Source: Cyanobacteria bacterium PR.3.49 (GTDB lineage Bacteria > Cyanobacteriota > Vampirovibrionia > Obscuribacterales > Obscuribacteraceae). Taken from it: a DNA stretch of 64,000 nt. Positions 9,258 to 19,484 of the stretch are shown here, one piece after another. The stretch spans positions 2,560 through 66,559 of the forward strand of contig PNKB01000003.1 of the NCBI GenBank assembly GCA_013997645.1, in the 5' to 3' direction. The number at the start of each line of letters is the position of its first letter. Within the stretch, counting starts at the first letter, position 1. Made by a program: the position numbers and the translations under genes. Under the pieces are notes generated by a model. That model searched no databases and was not told the DNA's origin. It saw nothing but the letters and a program-made list of their open reading frames with translations.

Positions 9258-9734
9258 TTCAATAGATTCAGGTCGGTATTTAAGTGGTCTACGGTTCGAT
9301 AACGGTTCATTGTATAAGAAACCGATAATTAATCTTGAAAGTGGCTAATTTTTCCCGCTTGACACGTTGTAAAGCCCGTTTGCCCGAGGAACAAAGCATC
9401 TGCAAGGAAGTGTCGAGCTTGTGAGAGCTGCCTTGCAGGATTCCGGGAGATCTACAAATGAGAAAGCGAACCAGGCACTCGACCGACCATTCGATTGATT
9501 TGGCCACGACTAACAGTTGCAACCGTGGTTTGCAAACTCCCCAGGACTCCAATTTCGATGTTCCGCCCGCCGAGTCGCAAGAGAGCCAGCCTGTTTGCAA
9601 AAAGGGCACTTGCGAGGTCGATTGGAAGCCGGGACGCCGCACTCACGCTTAATTTCCCCATTCACAATCTTTGCCCCACGGGCGCATAATCGGCAATAAT
9701 TGACCTTGCCGAATCGGCTCCCAGGTGGCCCGCG

Positions 9735-12700
9735 ATGAAATTTCTTGATGCGCTCAAAGAAAAGGTCCTCATCTTCGATGGGGCAATGGGCACGTCTATC
9801 CATACTTATGACCTGACTCTGGACGACTACGAGGGCGCCGAAAATTGCCCGGAAATTCTTGTCGTCAGCCGCCCGGAAGTGATCAAAGAAATTCACGAGT
9901 CCTTTTTCAAGGTCGGCTGTGATGTCGTAGAAACCGACACCTTCGGCGGTTCGCCGATTGTGCTGGCTGAATTCGGGCTGGCGGACAGAGCGTATGAGCT
10001 GAATAAAAGAGCTGCCGAGATTGCCCGGCAAGTCGCCGACGACTGGTCGAAGAATGGGCAGCAGCGCTATGTTTCCGGCTCCATCGGACCGACTACCAAG
10101 CTGCCGTCATTAGGACACATCAGTTTTGACGAGATGTGCCATGCCTATTACGTCCAAGTTTCCGGGCTGGTGGACGGCGGAGTTGACTGTCTTCAGTTCG
10201 AAACCGGACAAGATTTGCTCCAGGCGAAAGCGGCAGTCGTGGCGATGGTCGACTATTTCGAGAAAGTCGGGCGCCGCATTCCTATCATCACGCAGGTGAC
10301 CATAGAGGCACCACCGCTTGGCACGATGCTGGTCGGCACGGATATTTCCGCAGCGCTTGCTACCCTGGCTGCATTTCCAATAGACGTCATCGGCATTAAT
10401 TGCGCCACCGGGCCGGCGGAGATGATCGATCCGGTTCAGTACCTGACGCTCAACACCACCAAGTATGTCTCCTGTTTGCCCAATGCCGGCTTGCCCGAAA
10501 ACGTTAACGGGCAGACGGTTTACAAACTTACTCCGGATGATCTGGCCGACTCGCTCAAGTATTTTGTCAATGAGCTGGGCGTCAATATCATCGGTGGCTG
10601 TTGCGGCACTACTCCGGCGCATTTGCAGCGCGTGGTGGAGAAAGTCGGGCATGTCGCGCCGAAAAAACGCCACCCCGAGTACACTCCGGCAGCGGCAAGC
10701 ATTTACACGGCAGCTGCTTTGCGCGTCGATCCGGCGCCTTTGATTATCGGTGAGCGCACCAATACCAACGGCAGCCGCAAGTTCAAACAATTGCTCAACA
10801 AAGAAGATTGGGACGGCATGGTGGCCATGGCGCGCGACCAGGAGAAGGAAGGCGCGCACGTTCTGGATGTTTGCACTGCCTACGTCGGGCGTGATGAAGT
10901 GAAGGACATGTCCACTTTCATCAAGCGGCTCAACACTGAATTGCAAATCCCCCAGGTGATCGACTCTACCGAATATCCTGTCCTGGAAGCTTCATTGAAG
11001 CTGATTGCCGGCAGACCAATCATCAATTCGATCAACCTGGAAGACGGCGTCGAAAAGATGATCAAAAAAGTTCGTTTGATCAAACGTTTTGGTGCCGCGA
11101 CCGTTGCTTTGACCATTGACGAAAACGGCATGGCCAAAGAAGCAGAGAAGAAGCTCGAAATTGCCAAACGCATTTACGACATTTCTCTTGCAGAGGGCTT
11201 GCGTCCGGAAGATCTGATTTTCGACGCCCTGACTTTTACTCTTTCAACCGGCAACGAAGACGACCGCAAGCTTGGATTGGCTACGCTTGACGGCATTCGC
11301 ATGATTAAGGACGCTCTGCCCGGCGTCAAGACGGTGCTGGGTGTCAGCAATATTTCATTCGGTTTTGATCCACATATACGTCAAATTCTCAATTCGGTCT
11401 TCTTGCATTATGCAGTGGAAGCCGGTCTCGACATGGCGATTGTCAATGCGCAAAAGATCTTGCCGCTTTACAAGATAGACGAGGCCGAACGTGAGTTGCA
11501 CAGAAAGCTCGTCTTTGATGAGCGCACGCCGGACTACGACCCGCTCTTTGTATTGTTGGCTTTCTACCAAAACAACGACGGCAAAAAGAAGACTGCAGTT
11601 AAGGCCAAAGGTCCGCAAGAGATCGAAGAAGTGCTCAAAGAGCGCATCATCGACGGCAACCGTGTGTCACTCGAGAAAGACCTGGACATCGCGCTCAAGA
11701 AATACGCGCCTCTGGAAATCATCAACTCAATTTTGCTCGAAGGTATGAAAGTAGTTGGTGACCTGTTCGGTGCCGGCAAGATGCAATTGCCGTTCGTTCT
11801 GCAATCTGCCGAAACCATGAAAGCATCAGTCGCCTATCTCGAACAGTTTATGGAGAAAGTCGAAGGTTCGCAGCGCGGCACCATGGTGCTCGCTACAGTG
11901 AAAGGCGATGTACACGATATCGGCAAAAATCTTGTCGACATTATCCTCAGCAATAACGGCTATAAAGTCGTAAATCTCGGCATCAAGCAGCCAATCGAAA
12001 ACATCATTGCCGCTGCCGTTGAGAACAAAGCCGACTGCATAGGCATGAGCGGATTGCTCGTCAAATCAACCGTGATTATGAAAGAGAATCTGGAGATTCT
12101 CAATCAGCGAAGTATTGACACGCCCGTGATTCTGGGCGGAGCGGCGTTGACTCGCCGCTATGTCGAGGATGATTGCCGACGCGTCTATAAAGGAACTCTG
12201 TTTTACGGGCAAGACGCCTTCGACGACTTGAAAATCATGGAAGGCCTGGCGAACAAAGATCAGGAATTGCTCAACAAAATGATGGGCGCCAGACCTGATT
12301 GTGATGAGAGCGATGAGGAAGAAGAAGTCGCTGTCGCCGAGGCGCCACCAAAGAATGGCTCGCAGCCTCACACGGTAACGGTCTCCGACGTTAAGCGCGG
12401 CGAAGATACATTTGCACCACCCTTCTGGGGCAGCAAGATTGTTGAAGACGTGCCGCTTTCCGAAGTGTTCAAGTACATAAATGAAAACGCGCTCGTGCGA
12501 GGGCAGTGGCGTGTTCGGCAGGGCGAAACATCGGATGCAGAGTATGAGGCGCTCCTGGACGAGCGAATCAGACCGGTTTTGCGCCAGCTGGAGAAAGAGT
12601 GCATCGAGAAAAAGTTGCTTGTGCCCAAAGCTGTTTATGGATACTTCCCGTGCCAGGCTGTCGGCAATGATTTGATTGTCTATCAGGTCAATGACGCGTT

Positions 12701-13337
12701 TCTCAAAGCTGTTGAAAAACAGAACGTGCAGCCCGGCGCTGTGCTCAAGCTGAAGGCAAGCGATATTTCCGACCTGCAAGAATGGACGCGTTTCTCATTC
12801 CCGCGTCAAGATCATGCTCGCCATTTGTGCATCTCCGACTTTTTCCATTCGCGCGATGAGGGGCTGATCGATGTTCTTCCCGCCCAAGTAGTGACGGTGG
12901 GCAGTGGTGCTTCGGTGCATTCGGAGCAACTGTTCAAGAGCGACAAGTACACTGATTATCTGTACTTTCACGGCTTGTCGGTCGAGTCGGCCGAAGGTCT
13001 GGCCGAAGTCATTCACAAGCGCATTCGCGATGAGCTGGGGCTGGTGAAATTCGACGCGCAAGACCGCAGTAAGTTTTTCCAGCAAGGATACAGAGGCACC
13101 CGATACAGCTTCGGCTATCCGGCCTGCCCCAATCTGGAAGACCAGGTGCAGTTGTTCGAGCTGTTGAAACCTGAGCGCATCGACATGGCTTTGAGCGAAG
13201 AATATCAATTGGTTCCTGAGCAATCCACCTCGGCAATTGTGGTCGTGCACCCGGAAGCTAAGTATTTCAACGTTAGAAGGCAGGAGCCTGCCGTAAAGAA
13301 GAGCGGTAAACAGCCCAGTGAGCCAAAACCAGCCTGA
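9735..13337 (+). CDS. metH: cobalamin-dependent methionine synthase
   Basis: 1200 aa. It contains the Hcy-binding domain (IFDGAMGT, GGCCGTTP), the pterin-binding domain, the B12-binding DxHxxG motif (GDVHDIGKN) and the AdoMet-activation domain (RYSFGYPACP). Confidence 0.97.
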   Translation: MKFLDALKEKVLIFDGAMGTSIHTYDLTLDDYEGAENCPEILVVSRPEVIKEIHESFFKVGCDVVETDTFGGSPIVLAEFGLADRAYELNKRAAEIARQVADDWSKNGQQRYVSGSIGPTTKLPSLGHISFDEMCHAYYVQVSGLVDGGVDCLQFETGQDLLQAKAAVVAMVDYFEKVGRRIPIITQVTIEAPPLGTMLVGTDISAALATLAAFPIDVIGINCATGPAEMIDPVQYLTLNTTKYVSCLPNAGLPENVNGQTVYKLTPDDLADSLKYFVNELGVNIIGGCCGTTPAHLQRVVEKVGHVAPKKRHPEYTPAAASIYTAAALRVDPAPLIIGERTNTNGSRKFKQLLNKEDWDGMVAMARDQEKEGAHVLDVCTAYVGRDEVKDMSTFIKRLNTELQIPQVIDSTEYPVLEASLKLIAGRPIINSINLEDGVEKMIKKVRLIKRFGAATVALTIDENGMAKEAEKKLEIAKRIYDISLAEGLRPEDLIFDALTFTLSTGNEDDRKLGLATLDGIRMIKDALPGVKTVLGVSNISFGFDPHIRQILNSVFLHYAVEAGLDMAIVNAQKILPLYKIDEAERELHRKLVFDERTPDYDPLFVLLAFYQNNDGKKKTAVKAKGPQEIEEVLKERIIDGNRVSLEKDLDIALKKYAPLEIINSILLEGMKVVGDLFGAGKMQLPFVLQSAETMKASVAYLEQFMEKVEGSQRGTMVLATVKGDVHDIGKNLVDIILSNNGYKVVNLGIKQPIENIIAAAVENKADCIGMSGLLVKSTVIMKENLEILNQRSIDTPVILGGAALTRRYVEDDCRRVYKGTLFYGQDAFDDLKIMEGLANKDQELLNKMMGARPDCDESDEEEEVAVAEAPPKNGSQPHTVTVSDVKRGEDTFAPPFWGSKIVEDVPLSEVFKYINENALVRGQWRVRQGETSDAEYEALLDERIRPVLRQLEKECIEKKLLVPKAVYGYFPCQAVGNDLIVYQVNDAFLKAVEKQNVQPGAVLKLKASDISDLQEWTRFSFPRQDHARHLCISDFFHSRDEGLIDVLPAQVVTVGSGASVHSEQLFKSDKYTDYLYFHGLSVESAEGLAEVIHKRIRDELGLVKFDAQDRSKFFQQGYRGTRYSFGYPACPNLEDQVQLFELLKPERIDMALSEEYQLVPEQSTSAIVVVHPEAKYFNVRRQEPAVKKSGKQPSEPKPA

Positions 13338-13605
13338 AATTGGGCTTTAAGGCTAACAGGCTGGCGTTCTTGCAAGTTTTGCCCCGCTCTGCTGTATCCC
13401 CTACCCCGTACATGTTTATAGGTATGGGGGAATGAAACCTCTCGATATTGGGGGGAGAATGATATCGGGTCCTCCTGCGGAGAGGATTTCTCTTTTAAGG
13501 ATCCCGAAAGCCGAATAAAGTCGATTAACTTGCAACTCAGTTGCGAGAGCACCGCGTGTGGTGCTCCTGGCGCCGCCTCTTTTTTTCTTGCAGCGCCCTG
13601 GATAG

Positions 13606-14613
13606 ATGGAGTGTGGATTCAAAGCCGGTGACAATATGAAAGTGAATAGCATCGAAGATGTCGAAAGATTCCTCACCATTCAAGAGCAAGCACTAGGTTC
13701 AAACAACCCTGAAGTGGCAATTACCCTTCAGCGGCTAGCCGCCCTGTATTTGGAGAATGGAGATTTACTCAAAGCTGAATCTATATACGAGCGCGCGCTG
13801 AGTATCTTGGAAGTTGCCGCCTCCCCGCACCGCGCCAGCGCAGCAGCTGTTGGTCAGAAGCTTTACGAAATCAGCTTGAAGAAGAAGGAGAAAGAAGCCG
13901 CAGCCGCACGGCGTGGTGGAACAATCCCTCCGCAAGCAAGACGCACATTGCAAGACACGCCACTTACTCTTTCTATGGGCGGCATTCCCTCTGTCGATGC
14001 TTACTTCGCCAAAATGAAGTCGAGCAAAGAGAATATCAAGCCTTCATCCGCCACCAGCGACCACGAAGAAGTCGGTCTCTCGCACACGGATTTGAGCAGC
14101 AAGAGTGACAAGATAAAGGTTACGGACTCGATGATAGCCGAATCGCAGTCCGAAATTACGTTGCTCAGGCAGATGGTCGGCAACAAGAATGTCTCTGTTG
14201 CTGATGCGTTGACCAAGTTGGCGGACCTGTACTGCCGCCGGAAAATGTACAAAGAGATGGAGCCGCTGCTCATTGAAGCGCTGCAAATTCGTGAGGACGC
14301 CTTTGGTGATGAACACCATACAGTGTCGACGGAATTGAAAAATCTGGCGCGAGTGTATATGGCGCAGGAGCGCTATTCGGTGGCGGAACCATTGCTCAAG
14401 CGCGCGATCAATATCCGCACGAAGGCGTATGGACGGCAGCACAGACGAACCATTGATGCTCTGGAACTCTACGTCAGCTTGCTCAAGAAAACCAATCGCT
14501 TCGAGAAAGCTGCGCAGATTCAAATGCGCATAAACGACCCGACCGATACTCAAAGTATCTCCACCGACACCTCGACCGAGCACGATGCTTTCAAATTCGA
14601 CAAGGTGATCTAG
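13606..14613 (+). CDS. TPR protein (kinesin-light-chain-type TPR_10/12 repeats)
   Basis: Repeats such as LQRLAALYLENGDLLKAESIYERAL and LKNLARVYMAQERYSVAEPLLKRAI. An alternative ATG lies at 13636. Confidence 0.8.
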   Translation: MECGFKAGDNMKVNSIEDVERFLTIQEQALGSNNPEVAITLQRLAALYLENGDLLKAESIYERALSILEVAASPHRASAAAVGQKLYEISLKKKEKEAAAARRGGTIPPQARRTLQDTPLTLSMGGIPSVDAYFAKMKSSKENIKPSSATSDHEEVGLSHTDLSSKSDKIKVTDSMIAESQSEITLLRQMVGNKNVSVADALTKLADLYCRRKMYKEMEPLLIEALQIREDAFGDEHHTVSTELKNLARVYMAQERYSVAEPLLKRAINIRTKAYGRQHRRTIDALELYVSLLKKTNRFEKAAQIQMRINDPTDTQSISTDTSTEHDAFKFDKVI

Positions 14614-14854
14614 ATTCCTAATATAGGTTCGTGTTCAAAAGTTTGGTGCAGAAGCCTAGCCTGGTCTGACGACTGGGCTAGCAGCTTTCCTGGATAAATT
14701 TTGGCGGTTAGCTGTCCAAAAATTTCCGTTTGCCGGTATAACCGGGCATCCCCTGCAAAACTAATCCCTAAGCACAGTCATGCGCTAACTAACCTGCAGC
14801 CATAGTTGCTGCAGCCTATGGCGCAACAAGTTTTGTGTGAACCAACAGCGAAGG

Positions 14855-14878
14855 CCCGGTTTATCGACCGGGTTTTTT
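14855..14878 (+). terminator. rho-independent terminator
   Basis: CCCGGT-ttatcg-ACCGGG followed by TTTTTT. It lies ~240 nt downstream of the TPR gene stop and is not inside a convincing ORF. Confidence 0.75.
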
Positions 14879-15032
14879 GCTGCTTAAGAGTGTTCTCCGC
14901 CCCATGAGCTGCGGAAACGAGGCTCCCTGCCTGCTTCCAGGTGCTTCCGAAACATTTCCAAATCCATCCATATGATTCAGCTATCAAGGCAAGCACGGTG
15001 CTGCCCAAACGTTTTTACTGGAGTTTTGAACA

Positions 15033-15266
15033 ATGATGCCGACCCAAGTCCTATGCCATACCATCGCTCCAGCGCCTTCACTGGCTTCGCCTCAAATTGC
15101 TCCTGATGGAAGCCAATTCTATTCAAACAGTGCCGGCGATTTGGTTTTTGCAGAATACTCGTCTGGTGCAGTGGTAAGCATTCTTAAAGATTTGACCGCA
15201 GTACGCACCGCAGGTGGTGACTACTGGATCGTCAATTCTTCCGGTTTTTCTTTCCGTATGGATTAA
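15033..15266 (+). CDS. small hypothetical protein (77 aa)
   Basis: ATGATG start with GGAG ~11 nt upstream. Its stop overlaps the convergent yitJ-like stop by 4 nt. No domain recognised. Confidence 0.4.
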   Translation: MMPTQVLCHTIAPAPSLASPQIAPDGSQFYSNSAGDLVFAEYSSGAVVSILKDLTAVRTAGGDYWIVNSSGFSFRMD

Positions 15267-17242
15267 CTCTTGGCGCCGGCTTTGGCTTGTGATTTTGATT
15301 TGACGCGCTTGACGAACTGGCACATATCATCGTATCTGCCGAAAGACGGCACTACATAGGTGCCCTGGCAGAGCGGGCGCAGTTCTTCCAAAAGTTCTTC
15401 AGCAAGTTCCAACCCCACTGCCGCTCCCTGGTCTCCCGCTTTCTCCATCGCTTTGCGCACTTTTTCCGGAATCGTGATTCCAGGTACTTCGTTGTGCAAA
15501 TATTCTGCGTGTTTGAAGCTATGCAGCGGCATGATTCCGACAAGAATAGGAATTTTGCACTCACCGAATTCGTCGAGGAAGTCCGTGAGGTCGCTCAATT
15601 GATAGAGCGGTTGAGTCATGGCGAAGTGCGCGCCGGCCTCAATTTTTTTGCCGAAGCGATCGAGCTCTTGGGCACGGTTTTCGTGAGTCGGGTTCAATGC
15701 GCAAGCTATTGAAAGGCTTGTTGGTGTTCCAATCGAATTGCCGGCAATATCCAACCCTTGATTGAGCTGACTGATGATTTTGATCAAGCCGACCGAGTCT
15801 ACGTCGTAAACCGCGGTCGCATGTACGTAGTTGCCCAATGCCGGCGGATCGCCGGTGAGTGCTATTACATTGTGAATGCCTAAAGCCTGGCAGCCGAGCA
15901 AGTCCGCTTGTATGCCCATCAAATTGCGATCACGTGTCGTGAAGTGAATGATGGTTTCGATTTTCACGTTTTGAGAAATTAGTTGGCACGTCGCCAGCGA
16001 CGACATCCGCACGCGAGCCATCGGGCTGTCGCCTACATTAATAGCGTCTGCGCCTGCTTCTTTGAGCGTTTCGGCTGCCTGCAAAATCTTTCTGGCTATA
16101 GCCCCTTTGGGCGGATCCAGTTCTACACTCACATAGAAATCACCATTTTTCGGATTTTGCTTTGCCGCCGTCAGGCGAGCTGCCAGCGCGGGAAGCTCAC
16201 TCTTTATCTTGGGTGTTTCTTTCTTCGTGTCGGACGGTCGGACCTTATCTTGGGTCGAGATAAGCGCTTCCGGCTTGAGCGCTGGCAATTCTGCAGCAGT
16301 CGCCATCGATGCGGCTTTCTGCGAGGCAATGTATTTGTCCAGTTCGGCACGCATCGCTTTGATGTGGTGCGGAGTCGTACCGCAGCATCCGCCAATCAAG
16401 CGCGCACCTGCACGCACATATGGTTCTACATATGAAGCGCAGTAGTCGGGACCCGACATAAATTGGTATCTGCCGCCGCTCAAGCTGGGCTGACCGGCGT
16501 TAGGAAGGCATGAATAGTTAATCTTCGATGTGTCCACTCCTCTTTCTTTCAAGGAGTGAGTCAGGCGCAGCAGCGAATCGAATACAGGTCCGGGTCCGGC
16601 ACCGCAATTGATACCAATAACGTCTGGCGCCTCTTCACCAAGTTCGACAAAAAGCTTGACCACATCTTCTGGAGTAACGCCCAGAAGTGTGTGTCCATCA
16701 GGGGAAAAACTTAATTGTGCGACGACAGGGAGTTTTGAAACTGCACGGGCTGCACGCACCGCAATGGCTGTTTCATCCAGCGAGGACATTGTTTCTATCA
16801 GAAATAGATCTACTCCACCGGCCAAAAGCGCTTCCATTTGTTCGGTGAATGCTGACTTCAGATCGTCTTTGGTGACGTCACCGATGGGAGCCAACAATTT
16901 GCCGGTAGGACCTACAGAACCGGCGACGAACACTGGTTGTCCGCCCACTTCACGAGCGTTGCGGGCGATCTTTGCTGCCCATAAATTGATCTTGTGCGTT
17001 TCGTTTTCCAGACCAAAGCTAGCCAGACGAAACCTGTTGGCTGAGAAAGAATTGGTTTCGATAACATCTGCGCCCGCATTGATGTAGTCGATATGAACCT
17101 TCTGAATGTCGTCCTGCTTCGTCAGATTGAGGTGCTCGAAGCTCGCTTCCGGCGACGCGCCGCGCGCGTAGAGCAATGTCCCGATACCTCCGTCCGCCAG
17201 CAGCGGTCGTTTGGCAAGCTCTTTGAGAAATGGATGCGTCAT
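15263..17242 (-). CDS. yitJ: bifunctional homocysteine S-methyltransferase / 5,10-methylenetetrahydrofolate reductase (YitJ-like)
   Basis: An N-terminal Hcy methyltransferase (LLADGGIGTLLY, GGCCGTTPHHI) is fused to a C-terminal MTHFR (VSVELDPPKG, HFTTRDRN). I set the start at ATG 17242 (GGAG 4 nt upstream) instead of the track's TTG at 17377. Confidence 0.9.
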   Translation of the reverse strand: MTHPFLKELAKRPLLADGGIGTLLYARGASPEASFEHLNLTKQDDIQKVHIDYINAGADVIETNSFSANRFRLASFGLENETHKINLWAAKIARNAREVGGQPVFVAGSVGPTGKLLAPIGDVTKDDLKSAFTEQMEALLAGGVDLFLIETMSSLDETAIAVRAARAVSKLPVVAQLSFSPDGHTLLGVTPEDVVKLFVELGEEAPDVIGINCGAGPGPVFDSLLRLTHSLKERGVDTSKINYSCLPNAGQPSLSGGRYQFMSGPDYCASYVEPYVRAGARLIGGCCGTTPHHIKAMRAELDKYIASQKAASMATAAELPALKPEALISTQDKVRPSDTKKETPKIKSELPALAARLTAAKQNPKNGDFYVSVELDPPKGAIARKILQAAETLKEAGADAINVGDSPMARVRMSSLATCQLISQNVKIETIIHFTTRDRNLMGIQADLLGCQALGIHNVIALTGDPPALGNYVHATAVYDVDSVGLIKIISQLNQGLDIAGNSIGTPTSLSIACALNPTHENRAQELDRFGKKIEAGAHFAMTQPLYQLSDLTDFLDEFGECKIPILVGIMPLHSFKHAEYLHNEVPGITIPEKVRKAMEKAGDQGAAVGLELAEELLEELRPLCQGTYVVPSFGRYDDMCQFVKRVKSKSQAKAGAKS

Positions 17243-17678
17243 GTGACTCCGTGTTTGCTTCTTTGGCATAGAAATGAACTGGCGGGACAGTTGGGACGGG
17301 AATAGTAGCCAGGGTCGCCAACGGTTACCAGAGCGGTAATCGCGCCTCAGGACGCCTGCAAAGACGTCAAAGCCCAATTACACCCTAAAATCGAATTTTA
17401 ACATGCCCCGCCTGCGGCTAAATGTGCGGCAGATGGAGGGTTTACACTGTTTATTGCCGTTGTTGGCAAGCGCCCGTACCTAACCAGTTTTTAAGCAAAT
17501 AGGGGCGTAAAGCTCTTGCCCGCCCCCTTCGTGCAAAGGTTTAGTTACTCTTTCCTTGTCAAAACCTTCAGGTGGTGAACTGGCGGGCTTTTGCCTGTTA
17601 ATATACGGTTCGTACGGACCTCACGCGCGCGCTCCCGGTCTTTGTGAAGCCGCGCTCATTAATTCGAATTGGAAGCCA

Positions 17679-19484
17679 GTGACAGCAGACCCGAATCTCA
17701 TCCGCAATTTTTCCATCATCGCCCACATCGACCACGGCAAGTCGACACTGGCCGATCGCTTATTGGAATACACCAAGACAATCGCCAAGCGTGACATGCA
17801 GGCGCAGATTTTGGACACTATGGACATCGAGCGCGAGCGCGGCATTACCATCAAAGCTCAGCCGGCACGTATGGAATACACAGCCAAAGACGGCAAGCAG
17901 TACATTCTCAACCTGATCGACACACCCGGGCACGTCGATTTCGGTTACGAAGTTTCGCGCAGTCTGGCCGCTTGCGAAGGCGCCCTTCTGGTTGTAGATG
18001 CCAGTCAGGGTGTGGAAGCGCAAACGCTCGCCAATGTTCACCTGGCTGTGGAAAACAATCTCGAGATTGTTCCAATCATCAACAAGATCGATCTGCCCAG
18101 CGCCGAACCTGAGCGAATTCAAGCAGAGATCGAAGAGGTAATCGGACTGGATGCCAGCCACGCTGTATTGGCATCGGCAAAGAATTACATTGGTATTGAG
18201 GAAACGCTCGAGGCGATCGTCAACTACATTCCACCGCCGCCTAACACCGTCAAAGAGCCGCTGCGTGCACTGGTGTTCGACAGCTATTTCGAAAGCTATC
18301 GTGGCATCATCGTTTATTTCCGTGTTAAAGACGGTGAAATTCGCATGGGCGACAAAATTACGTTCATGGAGAATGACACTGATTTTGAGGTCACCGAATT
18401 GGGCGTATTGCGCCCGCAGCAGTTTAAAGTAGACAGGCTCGGACCCGGCGAAGTGGGCTATCTTGCTGCTTCCATCAAGGACGTCGCTACCTTAGTCGGC
18501 GACACCATTACCCATACGGACAAGCCCGCGCCGCAAGCTCTTCCCGGCTACCGCCCAGCCAAGCCAATGGTCTATGCCGGGCTGTATCCTGTCGATAACG
18601 AGCAATATCCTGACCTGCGCGAAGCGCTCGAAAAGCTCATCCTCAACGATTCATCTTTGCAGTACGAACCTGAAACATCAGAAGCGCTCGGCTTCGGTTT
18701 TCGCTGCGGATTTCTCGGACTTTTGCACATGGAGATTATTCAAGAGCGCCTTGAGCGCGAATACGATCTTCGCCTCATCACTACTGCGCCTTCAGTTGTT
18801 TATCGCGTGACGAAAACAGACGGCAGCGTTCTTATGATTGAGAATCCTGCATTCCTGCCTGATCCGAACTATCGGACCATGATTGAAGAGCCGTATGTGA
18901 CGGCATCGATTATGGTGCCCAATGATTTTGTCGGTCAGATCATGGAGCTTTGCCAGGGGCGCCGTGGGATTTTCCATGATATGAAATACCTGGACCCGCG
19001 CCGCGCGATGCTGCATTACGAGTTGCCGCTGGCGGAGATTATTACCGACTTTTTCGACCAATTAAAGTCGCGCTCTCGCGGATATGCAAGTCTCGACTAT
19101 CACTTCAACGAATATAGAGAATCGAATCTTGTAAAGCTGGATATTCTCATCAGCGGCGAGCCGTGCGATGCACTCTCGGCGATTGTTCACCGCGAGCGTG
19201 CTGCCAGTTACGGCAGGCTGCTGGCGGAGAAGTTGAAGAAGCTCATCCCGCGCCAGATGTTCGAAGTTCCAATTCAAGCTGCCATCGGCGGCAAGATCAT
19301 TGCCCGTGAAACGGTTTCCGCCCAGCGCAAAGATGTTTTGTCCAAGTGCTACGGTGGTGACATTTCCCGTAAGCGCAAACTTCTGGAGAAACAGAAAGAA
19401 GGTAAAAAGCGGATGAAGTCTGTCGGTCGCGTCGAGATCCCGCAGGAAGCATTTATGGCTGTACTTAAGCTCGAGGAAGACTAA
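17679..19484 (+). CDS. lepA: translation elongation factor 4
   Basis: GTPase motifs [25 protein letters not shown] and NKIDL, plus the LepA C-terminal region. The track ORF starts at TTG 17556. Typical LepA N-termini (..[16 protein letters not shown]) favour the in-frame GTG at 17679 (601 aa). Confidence 0.93.
   Translation: MTADPNLIRNFSIIAHIDHGKSTLADRLLEYTKTIAKRDMQAQILDTMDIERERGITIKAQPARMEYTAKDGKQYILNLIDTPGHVDFGYEVSRSLAACEGALLVVDASQGVEAQTLANVHLAVENNLEIVPIINKIDLPSAEPERIQAEIEEVIGLDASHAVLASAKNYIGIEETLEAIVNYIPPPPNTVKEPLRALVFDSYFESYRGIIVYFRVKDGEIRMGDKITFMENDTDFEVTELGVLRPQQFKVDRLGPGEVGYLAASIKDVATLVGDTITHTDKPAPQALPGYRPAKPMVYAGLYPVDNEQYPDLREALEKLILNDSSLQYEPETSEALGFGFRCGFLGLLHMEIIQERLEREYDLRLITTAPSVVYRVTKTDGSVLMIENPAFLPDPNYRTMIEEPYVTASIMVPNDFVGQIMELCQGRRGIFHDMKYLDPRRAMLHYELPLAEIITDFFDQLKSRSRGYASLDYHFNEYRESNLVKLDILISGEPCDALSAIVHRERAASYGRLLAEKLKKLIPRQMFEVPIQAAIGGKIIARETVSAQRKDVLSKCYGGDISRKRKLLEKQKEGKKRMKSVGRVEIPQEAFMAVLKLEED

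Noticed and set aside
9384-9445. SAH-riboswitch-like string CCGAGGAAC...CTGCAAGG...CCTTGCAGGATTCC upstream of metH
   Set aside because: It superficially resembles the SAH element (CGAGGAGCG ... stem ... CAGGA). However, I could not find the 3' strand that should close P1 (the complement of AACAAAGC) or the AACGGCGCTC-type segment. I report it only as a hairpin.
10110-10946. 278-aa minus-strand ORF (and 9510..10031, 12066..12779, 12795..13250)
   Set aside because: All are antisense or overlapping within metH, whose 1200-aa frame carries every expected domain motif. They are shadow ORFs.
13547-13586. Hairpin GAGCACC-gcgtgt-GGTGCTC downstream of metH as a terminator
   Set aside because: The T-run starts 13 nt after the stem, which is not canonical intrinsic-terminator geometry. 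It may still be a weak or Rho-assisted site.
14778-15008. 76-aa minus-strand ORF
   Set aside because: It spans the strong + strand intrinsic terminator and has no SD. It is likely non-coding.
17243-17560. SAM-I (S-box) riboswitch expected upstream of a yitJ-type gene
   Set aside because: The minus-strand leader lacks the conserved GGCCC...GAAGCC.GGCAACC / AGGTGCCAAT core, so I make no claim.
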